From: a virus
Taxonomy: Duplodnaviria; Caudoviricetes
IMG/VR virus record: IMGVR_UViG_3300021964_000470
Span: 1-25,422 of that record
Direction: 5' to 3' (one strand)
DNA: 25,422 nucleotides
Part shown: positions 8,643 to 17,707 of the stretch, piece by piece
Layout of the letters: every line of letters starts with the position of its first letter
Numbering within the stretch: position 1 is the stretch's first letter
Position numbers and translations under genes: made by a program
Notes under the pieces: model-generated
What the model was told of the DNA's origin: nothing
The model's input: only the letters and a program-made list of their open reading frames with translations
Database searches by the model: none

Positions 8643-8644
8643 GG

Positions 8645-8818
8645 ATGATCCATATGGATCTGGAAAATTACTTCAAACTTAATTTTGCCCTCCTACAGTA
8701 CCATAAATACTCATTGACTGAGATTGAGAATCTGATGCCCTGGGAAAGGGACATTTATGTAGCACTTCTCCAGCAACACATCGAAGAAGAAAACGAAAAG
8801 ATGCGTCAGAATGGCTAA
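8645..8818 (+). CDS. gp51: Baseplate hub assembly catalyst gp51 (57 aa; absent from the ORF track)
   Basis: Hand translation gives MIHMDLENYFKLNFALLQYHKYSLTEIENLMPWERDIYVALLQQHIEEENEKMRQNG*, with the gp51-type E.LMPWER.IY motif. It lies in the -1 frame relative to gp26. Confidence 0.88.
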   Translation: MIHMDLENYFKLNFALLQYHKYSLTEIENLMPWERDIYVALLQQHIEEENEKMRQNG

Positions 8819-10616
8819 CGTCTCCTTAGATCCTATTGACATTCTCCTGGAACTGGGGTTTGATTTGGATGAGATCTCCGATGACAAGGGTTATCAGAGT
8901 GCTCTGAAGGAAGGCATTGTGACCATCGAGTTTCGTACTGGTGGGTCTGGGGACGAGAGATCTCGTGCTCTTAGAGAAGAACTAATAAAAACAAGAACGA
9001 AAAGACCAAAGAAAACAACTGTTGATGCCGCAAAGTCTTTCATCTCACCAAAAGCATTGCCTGGAGGTGTTGGTAAAAGAGGAGGAGCACTGACAGTTGG
9101 GCAGACTCTCCTGTCATCGAGCGCAAAGAATAAACAGCAGCAACAAGCACAGAAGAAATCTGTCTTTGATGTCATTGCGGATTCACTCAACGCTGTTGCC
9201 AAGTCACTTAATAACGTTGCGAAATCAATAACTCAACTTCTGGGTGTTGAGAAACAGACTGCTGAAACAGCAAGACAAAGTGCAGTAACTGCAACGAGAC
9301 AGAAAGAAGAAAAAGATAGATTAGCAGGTGCTAAGAGTCTTATTAGTGGATTGACTGCCCCAGTGATTGGTGCTGTCAAGAAACCAGCAATGGGAATTCT
9401 TGACAGAATCAAAACATTCCTTGGAAACGTTGCTGCTGGTTCCGTTGTTGGGTGGTTGACTAACGAAGGAAATAAAAATAAAGTCTTGGCAGTCTTCGAT
9501 TTCCTTGAAGATAATATGGGTAAGATTATGACAGGAATCATTGCTCTCCTGGGTCTTGGAATTGGAATGAAACTTGCTGGATTGATTACAACACTCATTT
9601 CACTCACTGGCACACTCTTGAGTCTTGCTGCTTCTTTGGCAACAAATCCAGTTGTTCTCGCTGCATTGGGAATTGTTGTAGGAGCAAAAGGAATCGCAGA
9701 TGTTGGTAAAAAGGTTGAACTTGCGGGTCAAGATCTCATTGGTGGAAAAGGAACAACTGCGGCAGGAAATCAGTTCTCATTTTCAGATATTCAGGATCTG
9801 AGAGAAGAAAGAAAAACTTTTATGACAATGAGTGGAATGTCATCTGAGGTTATTCAGCAACAGAGCAAACCATTTAATGATCTGATGGATGCGATGAAGG
9901 AACAGAAGCGCATCAATGATGAACTTTGGAACAAGAAACAAGCACAAGCAAGTGGTGATATTAGATTTGATAAAGAGATACCTGAATTAGAGAAGAAGAA
10001 AGCAGAACAACAGAAGAAACTGACTGAGTTGTTCCAAAAGTTGGGAATTACAGATCAGGATCTGAAGCAACTTCAGATGCGTGAGGGAAGAGTAGAAAAA
10101 GATGACACTTATTATGATAAACCTGGGACTGGTCTTTCAGGAGCATTGTCAAACCTAGGTGCAAATTTACAAGAAGCCACATATGGCAGCGGCATGACTC
10201 AAGCAGAAGTTGATGCTGAAATCTTGAAATCTACTCAACCAGGTGGAATGTTTGAGGGGTATGATGTATCTCAACTGGAATTTGATCATGAACTTGGAAT
10301 TCCTTCCGTGAAACCACCTCCATTTGAAGTTAAGTCCACTGCAAAGAAAGATGCCACTTACAGCAAAGTTACTGGTGACATCAAGAGAACCCAATTGCAA
10401 ACACAAAGATTGCAGGAAATGGATCTTTCCGCTGTTGATTATTTTGGTGGTGGATCATCTGTTTCTCAAATGGAAGAATTGAAATCTGCCATGGCAAATG
10501 GTGGAATGTCTGCTGGTGCTTCCGCTGACCAACAGGAAGTTCCGTCGTTCTCTGCGGTCGATTTGACGAACGATAACATCTTCATGACTTCTGGCATTTA
10601 TAATTCACCTTCATAA
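8811..10616 (+). CDS. Tape-measure-like protein (gp29 analogue) with hydrophobic helices
   Basis: 601 aa, helical and coiled-coil rich in A/K/Q, with a long hydrophobic segment (IMTGIIALLGLG...VVLAALGIVVGA). Directly follows gp26/gp51. Confidence 0.6.
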   Translation: MANVSLDPIDILLELGFDLDEISDDKGYQSALKEGIVTIEFRTGGSGDERSRALREELIKTRTKRPKKTTVDAAKSFISPKALPGGVGKRGGALTVGQTLLSSSAKNKQQQQAQKKSVFDVIADSLNAVAKSLNNVAKSITQLLGVEKQTAETARQSAVTATRQKEEKDRLAGAKSLISGLTAPVIGAVKKPAMGILDRIKTFLGNVAAGSVVGWLTNEGNKNKVLAVFDFLEDNMGKIMTGIIALLGLGIGMKLAGLITTLISLTGTLLSLAASLATNPVVLAALGIVVGAKGIADVGKKVELAGQDLIGGKGTTAAGNQFSFSDIQDLREERKTFMTMSGMSSEVIQQQSKPFNDLMDAMKEQKRINDELWNKKQAQASGDIRFDKEIPELEKKKAEQQKKLTELFQKLGITDQDLKQLQMREGRVEKDDTYYDKPGTGLSGALSNLGANLQEATYGSGMTQAEVDAEILKSTQPGGMFEGYDVSQLEFDHELGIPSVKPPPFEVKSTAKKDATYSKVTGDIKRTQLQTQRLQEMDLSAVDYFGGGSSVSQMEELKSAMANGGMSAGASADQQEVPSFSAVDLTNDNIFMTSGIYNSPS

Positions 10617-10619
10617 ACC

Positions 10620-12725
10620 ATGGCATTAGGAATTGCGAGTATTGTTGGGGGAATTGCCAAGGGTTTGGGCGGTGGTAAGAAACCACCAAAACCTCCTGAG
10701 CAACCACAGTCTGGACAACAGATGGCACAGAAGATATTGCCACCTGCTGATTACCGAAGACCAGATTATAAACCAGGTGAAGGTTATGCGACTGGTGGTG
10801 CTGTTCCCACAACTGCCATTGTTCCAGTTGTAAAACCCAAAGTTTCTAAGACTGGAAACCCCAACCTGGATGGTGCACTGGAAAATGTCACTCAGAGTGC
10901 TGCTAACCTTGAGGCATCTCTGAAGTCTTTTGTTGGGTTCAAGAAAGGACAAGCGGAGAAGAAAAGAAAAGCAGAAGTTATTGCAAAGCGCAATATGTTG
11001 GGTGCTGCTGCAGGCGCAGTTGCTGGCGCTGCTCTCAGTTTTGTAAAGAAACCAGCACAGAATTTCTTGGAAATGTTCAAGAGGTTTGTGTTCAATGTGG
11101 CACTGGGATCTCTTGTCACTTTCCTTGTCGAGCAGTATGAAACAATTAAGAGAATTGTTGGTGAAGTTTTAGATGTAATTGAACCTGTGTGGAATGCTTT
11201 GAAAGATTGGGTTCTTGTTCCTGTTTGGAATTTCCTCAAGTGGACTGCAAATCAGGGTGCAAAGATGGTGAAGGAGATTGCTGCCTTCCCACCGATCAAG
11301 GCAGGATTAGATGCAGTCTCGGAAAAACTGAAAGAGTTTGAGGATATGTTCCCCGAACTCACCAGACAAGTAAAGTATTTGTCTGGTGGAAACATTGATG
11401 ATGTTCCTCCAATGCAACAAGGTGGAACCAGAAGTGCCCCAGCACCTGGTGGAAGACTGGGACCTGGAACCGCTCCTGATGCCACTTATGATAGAAATTT
11501 GGCAAAACTTCTCAAGAATTATGAGGGACTTAGAACAAAAGCATATAAAGATTCAAAAGGAATTCCTACCATTGGAATGGGTGCAACTTATTATCCTAAG
11601 GGTTTTAGACTCCAAGGCGCTGTTAAGATGGGCGATGTGATTACTGAAGAAGAAGCATACCAAATTAAAGAGGCACACATCAGAGAGCACAGAGGGAGAC
11701 TTACAAGACAGATTGGAGTTGATAATTACAACAAACTTCCCAACAATGTGAAGGCTGCTTTGGAGTCCATTGTCTTCAATTATGGAAGTATTGATGATAA
11801 GACCAAAGCACTTGTGATGGAAGGCATCAAGACTGGTAATTACAATAAGTTGGCTGATGACATTGAGAATCGTCTTGGAAGACACGATATGCAACCAGAT
11901 GGTAAAGGACTCAATCAGCACAGAAGAACTGATGAAGCAAACATAATTAGAGGTGGAAAAAGTAAATTTGGAGTTCAGTTCAGAAGAACTACCATTGATG
12001 ATGTTCCGCCAATGCAGCAGGGACAGGCTGGTCAAGCATATGGAACTGGACTGAAGACTGGAGCAAGTCGTTTCATCGGTGGAAGTTCCGAGTATCACAT
12101 TGATACCAAACTGAAAGCAGGTCTTTCGATGCAGAAGAAGGTCGAATACTTTGACCAGATGTCAATGGCATATGCCAAACAGGGAAGAGTCATCGAGTTC
12201 TCCAACCAGGCAGTTCAAGGAAGAAGATATGACCACACAATGAGTTATCAGGAGAAAGCAGCACTTCTTCAGGCAGCTGCTGGTGCTCACGCTCCTCGTG
12301 CTGGTTATGCTTCTTATGATTATTACATTCCACAAGCAAGTGAAACTAGATTCGGCAAATCTGCAGAGGGAGCAGAGATCTTTGTCCCAACAGAAGCAGG
12401 TGGATCTGTTCAGTATGGTTCTGGTGGAAGATATGGTGCTTACGTTGTAATGTATGATGCCCAAGGTAAAGAGATTGGGCGAACAGGTCACGGTGACATC
12501 AGAGGAGCGAAGTCTGGAACAGTCCAGATTAGTCCATCTAGAGGTGACACCAGAGCACAGGGTGTTTCCACAACGCCTTCCTACCAGAGATCGGGAACAA
12601 AACTTATTCCAATTCCCATTGATAACACCCCACCAATGCAACAGAAACCCGCAGGAGCGACTTCCACAAGATCGTTAAATAGATCAGAGCGCAGGAATAG
12701 AAACGCTGCCCTGTACAAATCATAA
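10620..12725 (+). CDS. Second tape-measure-like protein with a GH24-type lysozyme domain and an M23-like domain
   Basis: LLKNYEGLRTKAYKDSKGIPTIGMG carries the E-x8-D-x5-T catalytic triad, followed by ALESIVFNYG and GL..RR..EA-like motifs. The N-terminal helical part is similar to the preceding gene. Confidence 0.72.
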   Translation: MALGIASIVGGIAKGLGGGKKPPKPPEQPQSGQQMAQKILPPADYRRPDYKPGEGYATGGAVPTTAIVPVVKPKVSKTGNPNLDGALENVTQSAANLEASLKSFVGFKKGQAEKKRKAEVIAKRNMLGAAAGAVAGAALSFVKKPAQNFLEMFKRFVFNVALGSLVTFLVEQYETIKRIVGEVLDVIEPVWNALKDWVLVPVWNFLKWTANQGAKMVKEIAAFPPIKAGLDAVSEKLKEFEDMFPELTRQVKYLSGGNIDDVPPMQQGGTRSAPAPGGRLGPGTAPDATYDRNLAKLLKNYEGLRTKAYKDSKGIPTIGMGATYYPKGFRLQGAVKMGDVITEEEAYQIKEAHIREHRGRLTRQIGVDNYNKLPNNVKAALESIVFNYGSIDDKTKALVMEGIKTGNYNKLADDIENRLGRHDMQPDGKGLNQHRRTDEANIIRGGKSKFGVQFRRTTIDDVPPMQQGQAGQAYGTGLKTGASRFIGGSSEYHIDTKLKAGLSMQKKVEYFDQMSMAYAKQGRVIEFSNQAVQGRRYDHTMSYQEKAALLQAAAGAHAPRAGYASYDYYIPQASETRFGKSAEGAEIFVPTEAGGSVQYGSGGRYGAYVVMYDAQGKEIGRTGHGDIRGAKSGTVQISPSRGDTRAQGVSTTPSYQRSGTKLIPIPIDNTPPMQQKPAGATSTRSLNRSERRNRNAALYKS
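11394..12647 (+). repeat. Three copies of a 30-nt linker repeat (IDDVPPMQQG x2, IDNTPPMQQK)
   Basis: 11394-11423 and 11994-12023 encode identical peptides exactly 600 nt apart. A degenerate copy lies at 12618-12647. Confidence 0.85.
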
Positions 12726-14023
12726 TGACAAATCAGAAACCACAAACAGCGCCTGGTGATATAAAGTCATTTACAATTACTTCCAATGAAGGAAGTAAGA
12801 GTATTGATCTGACTAATGGTGTTCAGGAATATTATTATTACGAAAGTGTTCTTTCCAACTACATTACAGCGAAAGCGATTGTGTTGGAAACTGGTAATGA
12901 GATCGATAAAGAATCAAAGGGTGTGCTCGATGATCTGCCCATCCGTGGTGGAGAGAGAACAAACATTCAGGTCACAGATGCCTCTCAGGAAAAGAATCAA
13001 ATTGTGATTCCTGGTGGTCTGTTTGTTAAGAGTGTGAGAAACGGTTCTCCAGGAACACAACAAGAACTTTATGTTCTGGACTTTGCCTCAAGAGAATACT
13101 TCTTGAATGAGTCTGCCAGAGTCACAAAGAGATATGAAGGTAAGATTTCTGATAACGTAGAAGAAATTCTGACAGACGTTCTTCAGACGACAGGGGAGAT
13201 TGATGTTGATGAGACATCATTTGAATATAACTTTTATGGCAACACTCGCAAACCATTCTACGTTATAACAACTCTGGCATCCAAAGCAGTTCCAACAAAG
13301 GGTGCTGAAAAGACTGGTGGTTTCTTGTTCTTCCAAACTCGTGATGGGATGTTCTTCAAGTCTATTGATGACTTGTTTGGACAAGATACAACTAAGAAAT
13401 TCATCTATAATAACACAGGTGATCTGCCACCAGAATATGATGGCAACATCGTTTCATATGAAATCGCAAGTGATATTGATATGGAACAGAACTTATCCTT
13501 TGGTGCTTATAACAATAGGTCTTTGTTCTTTGACTTTTATAAGATGGAATATAAGAAAGTTGATTTCGACATCCAAGAACAAGAGGGATCTGCAGAGACT
13601 GCTGGTAAAGATTACATCAATGTCAATAAAGAATTCATCTCAAAACCAAGTCGTTTGTTCCATATGCTGAAAGACCACGGTGTGAATCCCAGAGGCAAAG
13701 GGGATGAGCAATTGGATAACTTCAAACAGAAACCAGAAGATAACTTTAAGATTGAAGAGACAATGGTTCAGACCATTATGAGATACAATCAGATGTTTAC
13801 TGTTCAAACGAACGTAATCATTCCTGGTGACTTTAGTATTAAGGCAGGAGATATGATTGAGTGTGAGTTCCCAGAGGTTGAGGCAAAAGAAAATAAAGAG
13901 AAAAACAAACAAACTGGTGGTAAATATATGGTCGCTCACGTTTGTCATCGCATCACAAGTAATGATTGTTTCACCAGTCTTGGGTTGGTCAGAGACTCGT
14001 TTGGTAAGAAGGGAGGATTCTGA
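12725..14023 (+). CDS. Baseplate hub protein (gp27-like)
   Basis: YYESVLS, LPIRGGE, GFLFFQTRDG.FFKSID.L and IPGDF...AGD.I....P....GGKYMV..VCH motifs typical of hub proteins. Immediately precedes gp5. Confidence 0.65.
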   Translation: MTNQKPQTAPGDIKSFTITSNEGSKSIDLTNGVQEYYYYESVLSNYITAKAIVLETGNEIDKESKGVLDDLPIRGGERTNIQVTDASQEKNQIVIPGGLFVKSVRNGSPGTQQELYVLDFASREYFLNESARVTKRYEGKISDNVEEILTDVLQTTGEIDVDETSFEYNFYGNTRKPFYVITTLASKAVPTKGAEKTGGFLFFQTRDGMFFKSIDDLFGQDTTKKFIYNNTGDLPPEYDGNIVSYEIASDIDMEQNLSFGAYNNRSLFFDFYKMEYKKVDFDIQEQEGSAETAGKDYINVNKEFISKPSRLFHMLKDHGVNPRGKGDEQLDNFKQKPEDNFKIEETMVQTIMRYNQMFTVQTNVIIPGDFSIKAGDMIECEFPEVEAKENKEKNKQTGGKYMVAHVCHRITSNDCFTSLGLVRDSFGKKGGF

Positions 14024-16338
14024 TGGATAATACAACATCATCGACGTTTAGTCCACATTTCCTCGGAAGAGGAGGGTACACTTGGTGGATCGGACAAGTT
14101 GCAGCAGAAGACACCTGGAAGAATAACATCCCAGGCAAACCTGTCCAAAGTAATGACGAGATTAGAGGATGGGGTGAGCGTTATCGTGTGCGTATTATGG
14201 GATACCACACAGATGACTGCAATGAAGTTGCTGATGATGAACTGCCCTGGGCTTACGTTCAGTATCCACCCACTGCTGGTGGTGGAGGACGTTCATCATT
14301 TCAGAGTTCCAACATTACCCAAGGCAACTTTGTCCAGGGATATTTCTTTGATGGTCCCGATGGTCAGGTTCCAATGATCGTTGGTGTCATTGGATATAAT
14401 GAATACCAAGCAATTTCCAAATCGACAGGTTCATCAGACTGTCAGGCATTCAAACCCAAGAGTGGTTATCTGGAAGATGAAAAGATCGCATCTTATACGG
14501 TAAGGGCATTCCCTGGTGGTGGTGATGTTGCCTTCCCAGATGATGGGATCACAGCAGCATACACCAATAACTATTACATTGAAGATATTCTCGGAAGCAA
14601 TGTCATGCGTGACATGGCAAGTTGGGAACAAAAACTTCAGGGCACAAAGTCTGAGGCTCTTGCAAAGACCAAAGATTGTGAACCGATGGATACTCGGAAG
14701 ATCACAAAAGAAATCCAAAATGGTATCCAAAGACTTCAGGAACTTCAGAGATCTAAATCTGATTATCGTTATGCTCTGACCAATGGTGAGATGGGAATCG
14801 ATGACATGATTCGATCCCTGACCAGAGAACTCTGCAAAGTGATTGCGGCTCTCTTCAAGGACATGATCACTCAGATGGAGAAGAACACTCTGAGGGAGAC
14901 AAACAACGTTGCAAAGAAACAATACGATAAGGTCTTTCCCAATAAAAGACCTGAACTGAAGAAGCAGATGGAGGAGGTCAATGACCAGATTGCTTGTATC
15001 TTCAAGACAATCATTGACCAACTAGAAAATCTTATCTGTCAGTTTCTCGAAGCAGCAGCAGAAAGAATCATCAACGTAACTGAGTGTTTTGTCAATAATG
15101 CTTTGGGCAATCTGTTGGGAGCACTTTTGGGTGGTCTTCAAAAGCAAGTTACCTCTCTTCTGAGTGGTCTCAGTCAACTCACTCAGGCAGCAGGTGTTGG
15201 TGAAGATCTTTTCAGCAACATTCTTCAGGATCCATTCTCATTCCTGAGATGTGAGGAAGAGAATGAATGTGGCAGAGTGAACGAGTGGAGCATCTGGAAT
15301 GGTGCTTCTAACGTTGCCAACAGTGCCAACCAACTCCAAGATATTCTTGGTCTTGCTAACAGTGTTGCCAACTCTGGTCTTGGTTATGATGATGCCCTTG
15401 CAAACATCTTTGATAATCCTGGATGTGACACCAGTGCTAGACCTTGTGGTCCACCAGAGGCAAGGTGGATTGGATCTGGAAGTGGGGCATCAGGAAATCT
15501 TATTATTTCGTCTGGTGGAGCAATCATAGGTTATGATGCTATTACGACTGGAAGCGGTTATGATGCGAACAACACTTACGGTTACGCTTATGATGATTGT
15601 GGAAATGGCGATAATGGTGTATATTATCCTATTGTTGAGGATGGCGGTATCACTGATATTGTAGTCGAGCAGGGTGGAACTGATTATCTCCCAGGCCCTA
15701 ACGGTTGTACTGGTGGTGATGGGAGAGAGTGGAAGTGTGAGAACGACACTGAAGTTACTCATCCAGATGGAACCGTTGAAATTCCCATTCCTCCCGATAA
15801 TGTTGTTGAGGTAAGACCTGGTGACATCGTAAATACACCGTGTTGTAGTGAAGTTATCACAGAACCCATTGATAACGATCCCGAAACTGGTGGTGAGACA
15901 ATCAATGGATGTAGTCAGCACGTTGTTCAGAGACCAGGAAGATTTACGACACCACAAACAGGGTGTCCTGGAAGAACACAAGGAACTTATCCATCATCTT
16001 CCGATGGTTCTTATCCTGTTATCCTTTATCTCTGTGAAATCATTGTCCGCGAAGCAGGAATTGCTTATCAGCCAGGAGATGAAGTCATCATTGAACCTCC
16101 TCTTGGTGCTGCTGCTGCCATTGAGGTTGATGAGCAGGGAAGGGTGACCAAGGTTAAGGTTACCGAAGGTGGCGAAGGATTCAAGGAACTTCCAAGAGTC
16201 TTTGTGAGATCTGGAACTGGATTCAATGCGGAACTTCTTCCTAAGTTCTGTGTTTATAGAGTTGGTGAGGATGAGTTCCAGAATCCAGAACTTCAGGACA
16301 AGATTGTCACTGTTATCGATTGTGTAGGTAGAGTCTAA
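14023..16338 (+). CDS. gp5: gp5-like baseplate hub/spike protein (N-terminal OB fold, no lysozyme domain)
   Basis: WWIGQV, RYRVRIMGYHT....DDELPWA and G.FV.GYFFDG.DGQVPMIVG match the gp5 OB domain. Confidence 0.8.
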   Translation: MDNTTSSTFSPHFLGRGGYTWWIGQVAAEDTWKNNIPGKPVQSNDEIRGWGERYRVRIMGYHTDDCNEVADDELPWAYVQYPPTAGGGGRSSFQSSNITQGNFVQGYFFDGPDGQVPMIVGVIGYNEYQAISKSTGSSDCQAFKPKSGYLEDEKIASYTVRAFPGGGDVAFPDDGITAAYTNNYYIEDILGSNVMRDMASWEQKLQGTKSEALAKTKDCEPMDTRKITKEIQNGIQRLQELQRSKSDYRYALTNGEMGIDDMIRSLTRELCKVIAALFKDMITQMEKNTLRETNNVAKKQYDKVFPNKRPELKKQMEEVNDQIACIFKTIIDQLENLICQFLEAAAERIINVTECFVNNALGNLLGALLGGLQKQVTSLLSGLSQLTQAAGVGEDLFSNILQDPFSFLRCEEENECGRVNEWSIWNGASNVANSANQLQDILGLANSVANSGLGYDDALANIFDNPGCDTSARPCGPPEARWIGSGSGASGNLIISSGGAIIGYDAITTGSGYDANNTYGYAYDDCGNGDNGVYYPIVEDGGITDIVVEQGGTDYLPGPNGCTGGDGREWKCENDTEVTHPDGTVEIPIPPDNVVEVRPGDIVNTPCCSEVITEPIDNDPETGGETINGCSQHVVQRPGRFTTPQTGCPGRTQGTYPSSSDGSYPVILYLCEIIVREAGIAYQPGDEVIIEPPLGAAAAIEVDEQGRVTKVKVTEGGEGFKELPRVFVRSGTGFNAELLPKFCVYRVGEDEFQNPELQDKIVTVIDCVGRV

Positions 16339-16928
16339 TGTCAGAATCAGCAGAAAAGAATTATCACCAGTTACGATACGGAACAGCAGACGGCGAGATT
16401 AAGTTTGGACACCTCCACGAGGATAATGTCCAGTCATCTGTAATGCTTCGTGATGGTAAGACTTGGAACCATTATATTACATTGGATCAGTCTGGCAAAG
16501 GACACAGAAAGTTTGGAACAATCTCTGTTTCACCTGGTTCTTTCCAAGTCCAGGCAGGTGAGGGTTTCACTGAGAAAGAAGAAGGGCAACCAGCAATTTA
16601 TATGGATGCCAAGAAAGGTGACATTGTGATTCGCTGCCCCAAAGGGACACTCAAGATTGAAGCGAAAAACATTGAGATGAAGGCACACGGTGAAGATAAT
16701 AAAAATGGGTATGTTACAATAGAAGGAAACGAAAAGATCAAACTGGATGCTCCATCCATTTCTGTGACATCAGAGGTCTCGACTAAGATCTTCTCGGAAA
16801 AGAATGTCGAAGTTATCGGTAGAGCGATCCTAAATCTTTATGGTGGTCTTGTCGATGCTGCTGATGGAGCAACAACAAACAAAGGATCAAAAGGTGGATC
16901 AACAAATGAGGAGCAAAACAAACAATGA
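16338..16928 (+). CDS. Putative beta-helical spike protein (gp5 C-terminal-like)
   Basis: Short periodic beta repeats (GDIVIRCPKGTLKIEAKNIEMKA, VTIEGNEKIKLDAPSISV). Follows gp5 with a TAATG overlap. Confidence 0.5.
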   Translation: MSESAEKNYHQLRYGTADGEIKFGHLHEDNVQSSVMLRDGKTWNHYITLDQSGKGHRKFGTISVSPGSFQVQAGEGFTEKEEGQPAIYMDAKKGDIVIRCPKGTLKIEAKNIEMKAHGEDNKNGYVTIEGNEKIKLDAPSISVTSEVSTKIFSEKNVEVIGRAILNLYGGLVDAADGATTNKGSKGGSTNEEQNKQ

Positions 16929-17707
16929 AGGTACCTGATCTATACGTTGGTAAGAGATTATTTGTTGGTGAAGGTGAACCAACGGCATTGGGAATTGGAC
17001 CCAAAGAGATCCGTGGTTCTGCTTTCTTGGAAGGACCCACTATCACTGGTGATCCAGGTTTCCCAAATGTCTGGGCAACTGTAATGATCTCAGGAGTGAA
17101 TAACAGTGACCTCACAGAATCGCCAAACATCCCTGGTGCTCTTTGCACTGGTACTAACAACCCATATGATCTTGCTGTGGTTGGTAATACCGCACTTATG
17201 GGAACTGTGGACACAAATCAGAATGTGAATGTGGGTGGTGACCTGAGAGCACAGGGTGAGGTGATGTCACGTTGTGGTGGCCACATTCTCTCTGCAAAGA
17301 AGAACTTCGACATCCCACACCCCAGTAAGGAAGGTTATCGTCTGAGACACACCTGTCCAGAAGCACCTTATAATGATGTTTACATTCGTGGTAAGGTCAA
17401 GAACACTGATGAGATTGAACTTCCTGCTTACTGGAAGGACTTTGTAGATAAGTCTTCCATCACCGTTCATCTGACACCCATTGGTGCTCCTCAGAGTGTC
17501 TATGTGAAGAGGATTGAAGAGGGTAGAATTGTGTTACAATCATCAGGTGGGTTGCCAATCCATTGTTTTTATCAAGTGTTTGCTGAAAGAAAGGATGGTG
17601 AGAAACTAATTCCTGAATATGAAGGAACAACACCAGCAGATTACCCAGGTAATAACGATCAATATTCTATCTCGGGTTACCATTATGATGTCAAGGAGGA
17701 CGTATGA
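16925..17707 (+). CDS. Fibre/spike-type protein with C-terminal KNFDIPHP-RLRH chaperone-like domain (paralog 1)
   Basis: Beta-repeat N-half followed by LSAKKNFDIPHP.KEG.RLRH.C.E.P...V..RG...I.LP.YW. Confidence 0.6.
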   Translation: MKVPDLYVGKRLFVGEGEPTALGIGPKEIRGSAFLEGPTITGDPGFPNVWATVMISGVNNSDLTESPNIPGALCTGTNNPYDLAVVGNTALMGTVDTNQNVNVGGDLRAQGEVMSRCGGHILSAKKNFDIPHPSKEGYRLRHTCPEAPYNDVYIRGKVKNTDEIELPAYWKDFVDKSSITVHLTPIGAPQSVYVKRIEEGRIVLQSSGGLPIHCFYQVFAERKDGEKLIPEYEGTTPADYPGNNDQYSISGYHYDVKEDV

